Assembly (NCBI GenBank): GCA_000998025.1
Contig: LCJG01000015.1
Span: forward strand, 1 to 40,889
Reading direction: 5' to 3'
DNA length: 40,889 nt
Origin: Candidatus Collierbacteria bacterium GW2011_GWB1_44_6
GTDB taxonomy: Bacteria > Patescibacteriota > Microgenomatia > UBA1400 > MFAQ01
Positions 25,176 to 34,190 of the stretch are shown here, one piece after another (positions within the stretch are counted from its first letter, which is position 1; every line of letters begins with the position of its first letter). The position numbers and the translations under genes were made by a program. The notes beneath the pieces are model-generated. The model was not told the DNA's origin. It saw only the letters and a program-made list of their open reading frames with translations, and made no database searches.

Positions 25176-26243
25176 ATGGATAACTCTGCCCCTACTTCGA
25201 ACACAGCTGCCAAAAGAGATCTCGATGCCCTGACACAAAAGCTTCAAGCAGTCGAGCTCCCTCCCGAACTAAAGCTCAAAGCCGAAGACATGATCGCCAG
25301 GCTAGAGCGTATGTCTTCTCAGGGTTTTTATTCCGAAGAGTTTGAAAAAGTTACTCACTATGTCGACTGGATCATCAAAGTCCCCTGGACCAAACGTGTT
25401 GACCGCCCTATCGACCTCGCAGGCATCAAAGCCTCTATGGACAAGAGTCACTATGGTATGGACAGTGTCAAAGAAAGAATTCTGGAATATATGGCCGTCC
25501 TGAAACTCCGTGCTTCAAAAAATCTTGGCGTTGCCCGGGCACCCATTATTTGTTTAGTCGGCTTGGTCGGTACCGGAAAGACTACCTTTGCCTACGCCCT
25601 TTCAGAGGCGCTCGGTCGCCCCATTGCTCGCATTCCCTTCGGTGGTCTTGGCTCTGCCCGCGATCTTCGTGGAGAATCTCGTCTGCACATCGAAGCGGAA
25701 CCTGGCTACGTCGCCCGTGCCCTTTGTACCTCAGGAGTCAAAAACCCCATTATTCTTCTGGATGAAATCGATCGTGTCACCGAAGAAGCCCGCATGGATA
25801 TCATGGGTGTTTTGGTGGAGCTCTTGGACCCCAGCCAAAACGATCGTTTTTTGGATCACTTCATTGATTATCCGGTCGATCTTTCCGAAGTTCTTTTTAT
25901 AGCGACGGCGAACAACACCGGCAATCTAGCTACCGCTGTTATGGACCGTCTCGAACCCATTCAAATGCCCTCCTACACCGACGAAGAAAAAACTCACATT
26001 GCCCAAGAGTACCTCCTCCCCAAAGCGCTCGAAGCCGGAGGTATGGATCCATCCACTATTTCCATCGACCCCGCTCTTTGGCCGAGCATCATCCGCCCTC
26101 TGGGTTACGACGCCGGTATTCGCACGCTAAACCGCACCATCGAAGGCATTGTTCGTAAAGTCGCCGCCATGGTCGTCACCGGCCAGGCACAAACCGTTCA
26201 CCTCACGCCGGACAACATCAAATCCTTCCTCCCTAAGTGGTAA
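25176..26243 (+). CDS. Lon-type AAA+ ATPase module only (no N-domain, no protease domain)
   Basis: SHYGMDSVKERILEY, GLVGTGKTT, ILLDEIDR, FLDHF..PVDLSEVLFIATAN, DRLE, GIRTL; ends right after the lid subdomain. Confidence 0.85.
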   Translation: MDNSAPTSNTAAKRDLDALTQKLQAVELPPELKLKAEDMIARLERMSSQGFYSEEFEKVTHYVDWIIKVPWTKRVDRPIDLAGIKASMDKSHYGMDSVKERILEYMAVLKLRASKNLGVARAPIICLVGLVGTGKTTFAYALSEALGRPIARIPFGGLGSARDLRGESRLHIEAEPGYVARALCTSGVKNPIILLDEIDRVTEEARMDIMGVLVELLDPSQNDRFLDHFIDYPVDLSEVLFIATANNTGNLATAVMDRLEPIQMPSYTDEEKTHIAQEYLLPKALEAGGMDPSTISIDPALWPSIIRPLGYDAGIRTLNRTIEGIVRKVAAMVVTGQAQTVHLTPDNIKSFLPKW

Positions 26244-26253
26244 ATTCAAAAAT

Positions 26254-26883
26254 ATGAAGCAAAATATAAATAAAATATCTATTCTTCATCAACCAGCATT
26301 GTTTTTGCTGACAATTTCAGTTTCATTTAAGTATTTATTTGTTAAAGGTGAATCTGTTTTTGCAACGATTCAAATCGCTTTAACACTCTTATATGTGACG
26401 CTAAGTGTTTCCTTATTACGAAAGATTCTGCGTAATAGAAAAAACTACACCTTAATCTCTGAAGAGGGTTTAAAGATTTTTCATTCAAGAGGAATTGTAA
26501 ACTTAAATTGGGAAGATTTTTCCCTAACTTCACTACAAGCATCAGGGTCAACAAATATATTAGGTGATACTAAAATAATTCCTTATCTCAATCTAGTTTT
26601 TACCGAATCAGGAAAATCAAAAATATCAGCGATTAACACAAATAAATCTGGTGGACTTTACAAAAAACAAATAGACTTTGAGGGATATATGGGGGAAGTT
26701 TCTGGAGACTTATATATCAATTTATCCAAAACCACAGATAGGGACGCAAGTATTGTTGACACCTTATCTAAACACACAACATTTGTTAAGCACACTAAAC
26801 CTATTTTTAAAACTGTTGATCCTGCTCAATATAATGAGTTTGTAATTCAGAACTTCGAACCTCAGAATCAACCGATCAGATAA
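26254..26883 (+). CDS. AT-rich hypothetical membrane protein (2 TM + possible bacterial PH-like domain)
   Basis: Likely ATG 26254; two hydrophobic segments then ISEEGLKI...LNWEDF; visibly more AT-rich than its neighbours. Confidence 0.6.
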   Translation: MKQNINKISILHQPALFLLTISVSFKYLFVKGESVFATIQIALTLLYVTLSVSLLRKILRNRKNYTLISEEGLKIFHSRGIVNLNWEDFSLTSLQASGSTNILGDTKIIPYLNLVFTESGKSKISAINTNKSGGLYKKQIDFEGYMGEVSGDLYINLSKTTDRDASIVDTLSKHTTFVKHTKPIFKTVDPAQYNEFVIQNFEPQNQPIR

Positions 26884-26886
26884 TAT

Positions 26887-28290
26887 TTACAACTTCAACT
26901 TTTCCTTCATCTCCTCCTCAATCGCAATTACTCTCTTTTTATTTTTCCCAAAAATTATGTACGACATATATCCATCGTGAAGTAGATTTGACGAACAAAT
27001 CACCAAGCCCTCCCTTGTCTTTCTGGAAAAAAGAATTGGTGTCATAATTTTATGAAGTTTACTAAACGTAAATTTTTTCGGAGTAATTCCAAACATATTG
27101 TTTGAGAGGACAAAACTCTTTTTCGTAAAGTTCCTTCCGGCTAGTTCTTTCCCTGCTTCATAGACATGTGTTCCGCCCGTCACTCTCACGTTTGACTCGC
27201 TCACCCAAATAACTCCCCCCTTCTCGGCTATATAGTCCACGTCATAGTATCCTCGGTAGCCATCTTTCGAGTATTGCTCGCCAATGAGGTATCCAATGTC
27301 CGTAATTCTTGAAGCCACTCGTTTTGGTAGCACACCTTCTCCTATCTCTACTCCTCCAAATTCGCCCTTTTCATTCACCCTCATTCCACAGGCATACAAA
27401 AACTCTACCTCACCATCTCTCCTGATAAAGAATTCTGCGTTTGGGAAACCTCCTCCGATTTTTGGGTTTGGGTTAACAAGAGACTCCACTACAATGGGAA
27501 ATTTTTCCCAGTAGGCATCTTTGTTTAATATCTTAATAATTTTTTCTTCACACTCGGCAAACTTCTTCGGTAAATCACCCTTCCGGAAAATTAGTACCCC
27601 TGCCCCTGAGTGCCCTTTATTGGTTTTGATTACCACCCCGTTTTCTTTAATGTATTTATTTGCCGCTATTCCGGCCGTGTCTACTATCCCGGAACTAATT
27701 ACCCCGTCTGGCATTTTTAAGTCTGCCCTTATCGCACCATTTATTTGTGTTAGTTGTCTTATCCCGGACTTGCTTCCATAAAAGTTTACCGTCCAAGCGT
27801 CAGACCTGTCCGGTGCCTCAGGAGTTCGCACGTCCACCCCTTTAGATCTCAATATTTCAATCAAGTCCAGAAAATTTGGGGTTGTAGAGTATGCTGTGAT
27901 GTTTATTCGAGAGTACTCCCTTCCTAGTCGCAACAGTCGTTTCATTATCTTCCCGTCGTTCTTAATATCCTCACAAAGCTGACCAGTGTGTTTCTCTGGA
28001 ACCAATATTTCCAAGTCACGCACCTCACATAGTTTCTTATAGTACTCTACAAACAAGGGATCGAGCGGTTTGGCGGTTATAAAGGTAAACTCAAACTCTT
28101 CGGCCATCGAAAACAAGTCCTTGTCGGACAGATTAGCATTCTCATCTATTTCCCATTTTTGCAGTTTCTTGTCTCCATAGGCCTCAATAAACGGCCATAC
28201 GTCCTCCGATAAATTAAATATTCGAACCACGCGCTCTTTTTTACTTCCTCCAGGCTTATCTGACTGGGTAAGTTTCTTAGGTTTATTCAT
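26887..28290 (-). CDS. ATP-grasp fold protein (PGM1-like peptide ligase-related)
   Basis: VIKTNKGHSGAGV, IVVES, GYYDVDYI, ESNVRVTGGTH. Confidence 0.65.
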   Translation of the reverse strand: MNKPKKLTQSDKPGGSKKERVVRIFNLSEDVWPFIEAYGDKKLQKWEIDENANLSDKDLFSMAEEFEFTFITAKPLDPLFVEYYKKLCEVRDLEILVPEKHTGQLCEDIKNDGKIMKRLLRLGREYSRINITAYSTTPNFLDLIEILRSKGVDVRTPEAPDRSDAWTVNFYGSKSGIRQLTQINGAIRADLKMPDGVISSGIVDTAGIAANKYIKENGVVIKTNKGHSGAGVLIFRKGDLPKKFAECEEKIIKILNKDAYWEKFPIVVESLVNPNPKIGGGFPNAEFFIRRDGEVEFLYACGMRVNEKGEFGGVEIGEGVLPKRVASRITDIGYLIGEQYSKDGYRGYYDVDYIAEKGGVIWVSESNVRVTGGTHVYEAGKELAGRNFTKKSFVLSNNMFGITPKKFTFSKLHKIMTPILFSRKTREGLVICSSNLLHDGYMSYIIFGKNKKRVIAIEEEMKEKLKL

Positions 28291-28363
28291 TTCCTTTACA
28301 GTTTACTCGCCTCTCTCCATTTGTAAAGATATGGCTCATTTGGGCTTGTATCATGCGTAGCGG

Positions 28364-28392
28364 TTGCTTTAGCCTTATAAGTCTGCTATACT
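28364..28392 (+). promoter_or_regulatory. rnj promoter
   Basis: TTGCTT, 17 bp, TGcTATACT. Confidence 0.7.
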
Positions 28393-28398
28393 ACCCCT

Positions 28399-28581
28399 CA
28401 GTCCACGGAAACGTTGTCAACAGTGATTTGTGAGAAAGAAGAAGATCAGTTAGATTTTACCTCCCAGTCTGAGAAACTTACCCGTAAATTTTGGATCATT
28501 TAGCGTTTTTTCCGGCGCTCACCTTACTGTCATTAGACAGTGAGCTACAATATTATTTAGGAAAATAAATTATAAACAAAT
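28399..28581 (+). ncRNA. Candidate structured 5' leader of rnj (~180 nt)
   Basis: Long untranslated region after a strong promoter; bulged hairpin GCTCA-cctta-CTGTC-atta-GACAG-TGAGC (28517-28545). Confidence 0.35.
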
Positions 28582-30237
28582 ATGTCTCAGCTTAAGTTGA
28601 TTCCTCTTGGTGGTGTTGGTGGTGTTACTAAAAATATGTACGTCTATGAGTTCGGCGATGACCAAATGGTCGTCGACTGCGGAATGGGTTTCCCTTCTAG
28701 CAGTGACCTCGGCGTTGATTCCGTTATTCCCGATATTAGTTATCTGGAAAAACCCGGTAAGCGGCTTCACGGCATAGTTCTCACCCATCCTCACATGGAC
28801 CACATTGGTGGACTCCCATACATTCTCCCTCGATTGAAAGATGTCGAAGTTTTTGGTGGCAAACTAGCTATTGCCATGGCCGAAGTCCGCGTTCGTGAGT
28901 TTGGCATTCCCAATCGCATGACTCCGGTCGAAGGTAGTACTTTAGATCTCGGACCTTTTCATATTGAATTCATTCACTCAACTCACTCTGTTCCCAACTG
29001 TTTCCATTTGTTAATCAAAACTCCCGCCGGCACTGTCTATCATGGTGCTGACTTTAAGTTCGATCTTACCCCGGTCGACAATCTCCCGCCAGACATGGCC
29101 TCTATGGCCATCGCCGGGAAAAACGGAGTCGATCTTCTCCTCACCGATTGTTTGGGTATTGAGAAAGAAGGCTTCTGTCCGTCCGAAAGGTCTCTCAAAA
29201 AAGCGATCGACAACGAAATTCGCGACACTCAAGGTAAATTAATTTTTACTGGTATGTCTTCTTCCATTTCCCGTTTCCAAATGGCTATCGAATCTTGTAT
29301 CAAGTACCATCGCCGCGTCGCCATCATCGGCCGCTCGGTCGAACAGAATTTGGAAGCGGCTATGAAAACCGGTTTTATCAAAATCCCCGCCGGAGTCCTG
29401 ATCAAGCCTCAACAAATTACCAATCTCCCGGCCAACCAGGTGGCGATCATTGTCGCCGGCTCGCAGGGACAGTCCGGCTCTGCCATGCATAGGCTGGCTA
29501 ACAACGAACACCGTTTGGCAAGACTCAAAAAGGGTGACAAAGTCATCATTAGCTCCAACGCCATTCCTGGTACCGGCAATGATGCTGATATCTTTGACCT
29601 CATGGATACTCTTTACAAAAATGGAATCGACGTGACTTACTCCGGCACTTCCGAAAACCTTCATGTTTCCGGACATGGTTACCGCGGTGACATCGCTTTG
29701 CTTGCTCAGCTAGTCAAACCCAAACACATTATCCCGATCGGTGGCGATATCCGTCACATGATGCTTTACAAGAAGCTGGCGACTGACATGAACTTTGATC
29801 AGGAAAAAGTCATGATCCTTCCAGAAGGTCAATCGGTCATTCTCGAAGACCACGTGGTCAAAGAGGGTCCAAAATTCGAAACAAAAAATGTCTATGTCGA
29901 TGGTCTGGGTATTGGGGACGTCGGCACCGTCGTCCTTCGAGACCGTCAGGTTATGTCTGAAGATGGAATTCTAATTGCCATCGTACCTCTGCGAAGGGAC
30001 AATTCTCAGTCGACTGGTGATATCGAAATTATTTCAAGAGGCTTTGTCTACCAAAAAGAATCCCAGGATCTTATCCGAGACGCTCGCAAAGAGGTCCAGA
30101 AATGTCTCAAGGATATCAAAGGGCCGGTTACGGATTGGGGTTTCCTTCGCAAAAAGATCGAAGGCCAACTGGAAAAATTCGCCTTCACGCACACCCAGCG
30201 CCGCCCACTAGTCATCTCCATCTTGATTGAGGTATAA
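28582..30237 (+). CDS. rnj: Ribonuclease J
   Basis: PLGGVG..TKNM, THPHMDHIGG, HSVP, DFKFD, GSQG, HVSGH, GDVG..VLRDR. Confidence 0.96.
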   Translation: MSQLKLIPLGGVGGVTKNMYVYEFGDDQMVVDCGMGFPSSSDLGVDSVIPDISYLEKPGKRLHGIVLTHPHMDHIGGLPYILPRLKDVEVFGGKLAIAMAEVRVREFGIPNRMTPVEGSTLDLGPFHIEFIHSTHSVPNCFHLLIKTPAGTVYHGADFKFDLTPVDNLPPDMASMAIAGKNGVDLLLTDCLGIEKEGFCPSERSLKKAIDNEIRDTQGKLIFTGMSSSISRFQMAIESCIKYHRRVAIIGRSVEQNLEAAMKTGFIKIPAGVLIKPQQITNLPANQVAIIVAGSQGQSGSAMHRLANNEHRLARLKKGDKVIISSNAIPGTGNDADIFDLMDTLYKNGIDVTYSGTSENLHVSGHGYRGDIALLAQLVKPKHIIPIGGDIRHMMLYKKLATDMNFDQEKVMILPEGQSVILEDHVVKEGPKFETKNVYVDGLGIGDVGTVVLRDRQVMSEDGILIAIVPLRRDNSQSTGDIEIISRGFVYQKESQDLIRDARKEVQKCLKDIKGPVTDWGFLRKKIEGQLEKFAFTHTQRRPLVISILIEV

Positions 30238-30310
30238 CCTCACCCCGCTCGTCAGCGATACTGATTCGCTTCCCCTCTCCTTCAGAAGGAGAGGGGCCAG
30301 GGGCTGAGGT
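30237..30310. repeat. GC-rich nested palindromic element directly upstream of the DUF559 gene
   Basis: Outer arms ACCTCACCCC / GGGGcTGAGGT; inner 11-bp stem CCCCTCTCCTT-CAG-AAGGAGAGGGG (30272-30296). Confidence 0.8.
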
Positions 30311-30324
30311 AATAAAATAGTTGT

Positions 30325-30693
30325 GTGACCATCTACTTCAATAAATCTTCTCAGTTAGAAAAAAGGAAATTGCTTAGAAAGAGGCAAACCAGTTCGGAAA
30401 AAATACTTTGGACTCAGCTTCGAGATCGTCGTTTCCACAAAATTAAATTTCGGCGTCAATATAGCGTCGCTTCATATGTTATTGATTTCTACTGTCCCGA
30501 AACAAAGACGGCTGTTGAAATTGATGGTGGTATTCACCTACGTCCTGATCAAATTCAACACGATAAACTCCGTCAAGAACAAATCGAGGGTTTAGGTATA
30601 AAGTTTTTGAGATTCTCAGTCAAAGATGTTGAAACTAATTTGGAAATAATTCTAGAACTAATCGCCACCTTTTGTAAGTCTGATAATCTATAA
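30325..30693 (+). CDS. DUF559 / Vsr-like endonuclease
   Basis: LRKRQTSSEKILW..LR, KFRRQ, YVIDFYC, VEIDGGIH, D..R...E..G..FLRF. Confidence 0.9.
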   Translation: MTIYFNKSSQLEKRKLLRKRQTSSEKILWTQLRDRRFHKIKFRRQYSVASYVIDFYCPETKTAVEIDGGIHLRPDQIQHDKLRQEQIEGLGIKFLRFSVKDVETNLEIILELIATFCKSDNL

Positions 30694-30705
30694 TGATAAG
30701 TATCT

Positions 30706-32844
30706 ATGGCTCGTAAAAAAGGTCGCCGCTCCAAACCATATAAGCTAAATCTCAAGAAAGATACCATGAACTCCATTTTGGCGGTGGCTTTAATGGGTGT
30801 CGGCGGTCTGATTGCTATTTCTTTTTCTCAACAAGGCGAACTTCTGACGAAGATAAACGAAATCGGTCAGCAGTTCTTCGGCTGGCCATTGCTTTTCCTC
30901 CCCTTCATTTTTATTGTTGGTGGCCTGATTATCACTCACACGAAGCTGGCCATCGCATCCACTCACGTCCTTCTGGGAAGTGTCATCACTATGATTTCTC
31001 TTTCTGGTTTGTTCGGCACTGGCAGTCTTGGGTTTGGTATCAAGGAGTCGGTTGTCTCGCTCATCTCCGTCCCCGGAGCCATTCTCTTTTATCTTGTCGG
31101 CACCGTCATTGGCCTTTTCATTCTTTTCGAAACCTCCATCGAAGATCTCTTGGTTATTGTGCAAGACATCTTTGGCACTCTCACTGGTACCCTTGGCAAG
31201 TTTAAAGGCCTTCCGGGGATCAAAGGAAGAACTCCTGTTTTTTTAAGTAAAAGTAACACCGTCAAAATTACCGGAGGAGAAGAGACCCCAGTTATTTCTG
31301 CCCCACATCACGCAGCTGAGTCAATTAAAATTGTCACCAAAGAAACATCACAAATTCCACAGACCGCTATTGAAACCAAGAAACTTCCCGAAGGAGCTAC
31401 TGCTGGAGTTTGGCAATACCCCCCCCTTACTTTACTGAGTGATCAAAAATTAGGCAAAGCCGATCGTGGGGATATTAATAAGAACATAGAAATAATTCAA
31501 AACACCCTTGCCTCTTTTGGTATACAAGCCAAGGTGATGGAAGTCCACCAAGGTCCAGCTGTCTCCCAATATGCCCTCACCATTACCATGGGCACGAAGC
31601 TTTCCAAGATTAGCGCACTTCAGTCCGATTTGGCCCTAGCCCTTTCCGCCCCACAAGGACAAATCCGTATCGAAGCCCCCATCCCTGGGCGGGATCTGGT
31701 CGGTATCGAGATCCCAAACAGATCGCTAGAATTTGTCTCTCTCAGAGAAATGTTATCCAAGAAAATTATGCAGGAAAACCGCGCAAAAACAGCCTTCTCA
31801 CTAGGCTTAGATGTCTCAGGTCAGGAAGTGGTGGCCGATATAGCAAAAATGCCTCATTTGCTGATAGCCGGTACCACTGGTTCCGGAAAATCTGTCCTTA
31901 TCAACGCCATCATTTCATCCATATTATTCCGCGCATCCCCCGAAGAGGTCAAATTCATCATGGTCGACCCCAAAAGAGTTGAACTTACACCATATAACGA
32001 TATTCCTCATTTACTTACTCGGGTTATTACCGATGTTACCAAAGTCGGTAACGCTCTGGGGTGGTTAGTGGCAGAAATGGAAAGACGCTATCGTCTTTTT
32101 GAAGAAATGGGCGTCAAAAATATCGCGAGCTATAACGAAATGAGCGGTTTTCAGGCCATGCCTTTCATTATCGTTATAGTGGATGAAATGGCCGATATTA
32201 TGATGTCCAAGAATGCTGGGGAGATCGAAGAAAAAATTGTTCGCTTAGCTCAGATGGCTCGAGCCGTCGGTATTCACTTGATACTTGCGACCCAGCGTCC
32301 TTCCGTCAACATCCTCACGGGTATTATTAAAGCCAACATCCCCGCCCGTATTGCCTTCCAGGTAACTTCCATGATCGATTCTCGAGTTATTATCGACACC
32401 CCAGGAGCCGAAAAACTTCTGGGGAAGGGAGACATGCTCTATGTTCCCCCCGATATTGCCAAGCCCAAACGTATTCAAGGAGCCTTTGTGTCCGACAAAG
32501 AAATAAAAAACCTCATCGACTTTATCCGTCGTACTGGAGTCACTCCACAGCTAGATGAAAATATTATCAAGGCTAAAGAAGAAAAAGGCACCCTCTCTGC
32601 GAGTGGTCAAAACCTTGGCGATGTCGACGACAAATTTGAAGAAGCAGCTCATCTGGTCATTGCCGAAGGCAAAGGGTCTGCCTCATTGCTCCAGAGGCGT
32701 CTGGAAATTGGCTACGCTCGTGCTGCCAGGATATTAGATCAGTTAGAAGGAGCCGGGGTGCTTGCTCACGCTGAAGGTAACAAGCCCAGGGAAGTGATTG
32801 TTGGCAGCCTGAACGAGGTCTTTCCCGGCGAAGACAATATATAA
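30706..32844 (+). CDS. ftsK: DNA translocase FtsK/SpoIIIE
   Basis: N-terminal TMs, RIEAPIPG, PHLLIAGTTGSGKS, DPKRVEL, ATQRPS, GAEKLLGKGDML, gamma domain SLLQRRL.IGYARA. Confidence 0.96.
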   Translation: MARKKGRRSKPYKLNLKKDTMNSILAVALMGVGGLIAISFSQQGELLTKINEIGQQFFGWPLLFLPFIFIVGGLIITHTKLAIASTHVLLGSVITMISLSGLFGTGSLGFGIKESVVSLISVPGAILFYLVGTVIGLFILFETSIEDLLVIVQDIFGTLTGTLGKFKGLPGIKGRTPVFLSKSNTVKITGGEETPVISAPHHAAESIKIVTKETSQIPQTAIETKKLPEGATAGVWQYPPLTLLSDQKLGKADRGDINKNIEIIQNTLASFGIQAKVMEVHQGPAVSQYALTITMGTKLSKISALQSDLALALSAPQGQIRIEAPIPGRDLVGIEIPNRSLEFVSLREMLSKKIMQENRAKTAFSLGLDVSGQEVVADIAKMPHLLIAGTTGSGKSVLINAIISSILFRASPEEVKFIMVDPKRVELTPYNDIPHLLTRVITDVTKVGNALGWLVAEMERRYRLFEEMGVKNIASYNEMSGFQAMPFIIVIVDEMADIMMSKNAGEIEEKIVRLAQMARAVGIHLILATQRPSVNILTGIIKANIPARIAFQVTSMIDSRVIIDTPGAEKLLGKGDMLYVPPDIAKPKRIQGAFVSDKEIKNLIDFIRRTGVTPQLDENIIKAKEEKGTLSASGQNLGDVDDKFEEAAHLVIAEGKGSASLLQRRLEIGYARAARILDQLEGAGVLAHAEGNKPREVIVGSLNEVFPGEDNI

Positions 32845-32846
32845 GC

Positions 32847-33467
32847 ATGAAGACAGTCGGCCAAATTATCCGTACCGCTAGGCAAAAGAGAGGCCTCTCC
32901 ATTGATCAGCTATCATCTTTAACCAAGATTGATGGAAAATATATTAATGCTCTGGAACAAGATAACTACTCAAGTCTTCCCTCAGAGACTTTCGCAAAAG
33001 GGTTTATCAGAAACCTCAGTCTCAGGTTAGATCTTAACCCGAGCGAGTTAGTTGCCATTTTTCGTCGTGACTTCAAACATCCGGAACAAAAAGTACCGTC
33101 CAAGCGTCATCAAAGATTTGTTTTGCAAGGCATTACATCTCAGATTCTTCCCTTTGCTCTGGGATGCGTAGCCTTCATCGTTTATTTGATTTTTCAATTC
33201 CGTGCCATTGTCGTTCCTCCGAAACTAACCATCTCTCAACCTGGAGACGGCAGCGTCTTAGTCTCCCCGGTCGAGATATCGGGTGATACTGCAGTCGATG
33301 CTCTTGTCTACATAAACGAAGAAATTAAAGTCAAACCGGATTCTTCGGGACATTTTTTTACTCGCATCAATCTTCCCGTGGGTGAGACAGAAATAGGAAT
33401 AAAGGCCACCAACCGTTTTTCCCGCTCATCCTCGAAAATCCTTAAAATCACCATCATCTCTAAGTAA
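32847..33467 (+). CDS. RodZ-like HTH membrane protein with Ig-like C-terminus
   Basis: GQIIRTAR...TKI..KYINALE...LPS..FAKGFIRN, TM, beta-rich tail; follows ftsK. Confidence 0.8.
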   Translation: MKTVGQIIRTARQKRGLSIDQLSSLTKIDGKYINALEQDNYSSLPSETFAKGFIRNLSLRLDLNPSELVAIFRRDFKHPEQKVPSKRHQRFVLQGITSQILPFALGCVAFIVYLIFQFRAIVVPPKLTISQPGDGSVLVSPVEISGDTAVDALVYINEEIKVKPDSSGHFFTRINLPVGETEIGIKATNRFSRSSSKILKITIISK

Positions 33468-33473
33468 CCCAAT

Positions 33474-33509
33474 CGTCATTGCGAGAAGGTACTCCGACGT
33501 GGCAATCCA
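33474..33509. repeat. CGTC-tagged palindromic repeat monomer
   Basis: CGTCATTGCGAGAAGGTACTCCGACGTGGCAATCCA; the 18-bp CCAATCGTCATTGCGAGA is shared exactly with 14664-14681. Confidence 0.85.
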
Positions 33510-33529
33510 GAAAATGTTAATATAAATCA

Positions 33530-33832
33530 ATGACTCTTCCTCAAATTATTTCCATGATCTCCATAGTGTTATTGACCACTATGGCTATCTTCATCGGTAT
33601 TCAACTCATATATTTACTTAAGGAACTTCGAGACACACTTTCCAGGGTCAACCAAACAGTTGACACCATCTCAGACACTTTCGAAAAGATTTCCCAACCT
33701 GCACTGGGAATTTTTGCCATCTTAGAGGGCTTTAAAGAAAGTGGCAAAATTATCGAAACTATTTCTCATTTATTGGGCAGAGACAAACCCAAGCCACCAG
33801 TAGATATCGACGCTTATGACAACTCCCTCTGA
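33530..33832 (+). CDS. DUF948/YtxG-like membrane protein
   Basis: N-terminal TM followed by an amphipathic coiled coil; paired with a YtxH-like gene. Confidence 0.55.
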   Translation: MTLPQIISMISIVLLTTMAIFIGIQLIYLLKELRDTLSRVNQTVDTISDTFEKISQPALGIFAILEGFKESGKIIETISHLLGRDKPKPPVDIDAYDNSL

Positions 33833-34133
33833 GAAAACAGGCAACACCTCTTTCTCTTCCTTTGGTATCGGTGTTCTCTTTGGTGTTGCTGCCGCTTTTC
33901 TTTTTGGCACGGAAGAGGGCAGAAAAATAGTCAAAAAAATTGCGGAATCCGTTCCGGAAAAATACAAAAACCCCTTGAATCTTTCCCCCCTTCAGCCCGC
34001 CCACAGTTCACCTTCAACTATGCCCATAATCCAGCCAGAAGAGACCCAGCATCATGCCACCTACGAAGCCCCACCTCCACCTGCTCCCCACGTTCGCCCC
34101 ACCCGCCCCGAGCCCTTCACCCCCTCTCGCTAG
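33816..34133 (+). CDS. YtxH-like protein with Pro-rich tail
   Basis: FGIGVLFGVAAAFLF.TEEGRK motif. Confidence 0.55.
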   Translation: MTTPSEKTGNTSFSSFGIGVLFGVAAAFLFGTEEGRKIVKKIAESVPEKYKNPLNLSPLQPAHSSPSTMPIIQPEETQHHATYEAPPPPAPHVRPTRPEPFTPSR

Positions 34134-34190
34134 CCGAATTTTTTCCTTAATCACATAAGACACGTTAGGCTTGTTATAATTTGACTACAA

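Noticed and set aside
26149-26253. Upstream extensions of ORF-track starts (26149, 38910, 21858, 17327, 4989)
   Set aside because: They overlap neighbouring genes or promoters; downstream ATGs fit the -10 spacing or translational coupling better.
28399-28581. tRNA, tmRNA, SRP RNA or known riboswitch in the largest intergenic region
   Set aside because: I recognised no cloverleaf, T-loop or riboswitch consensus by eye; an Rfam scan is needed to exclude them.
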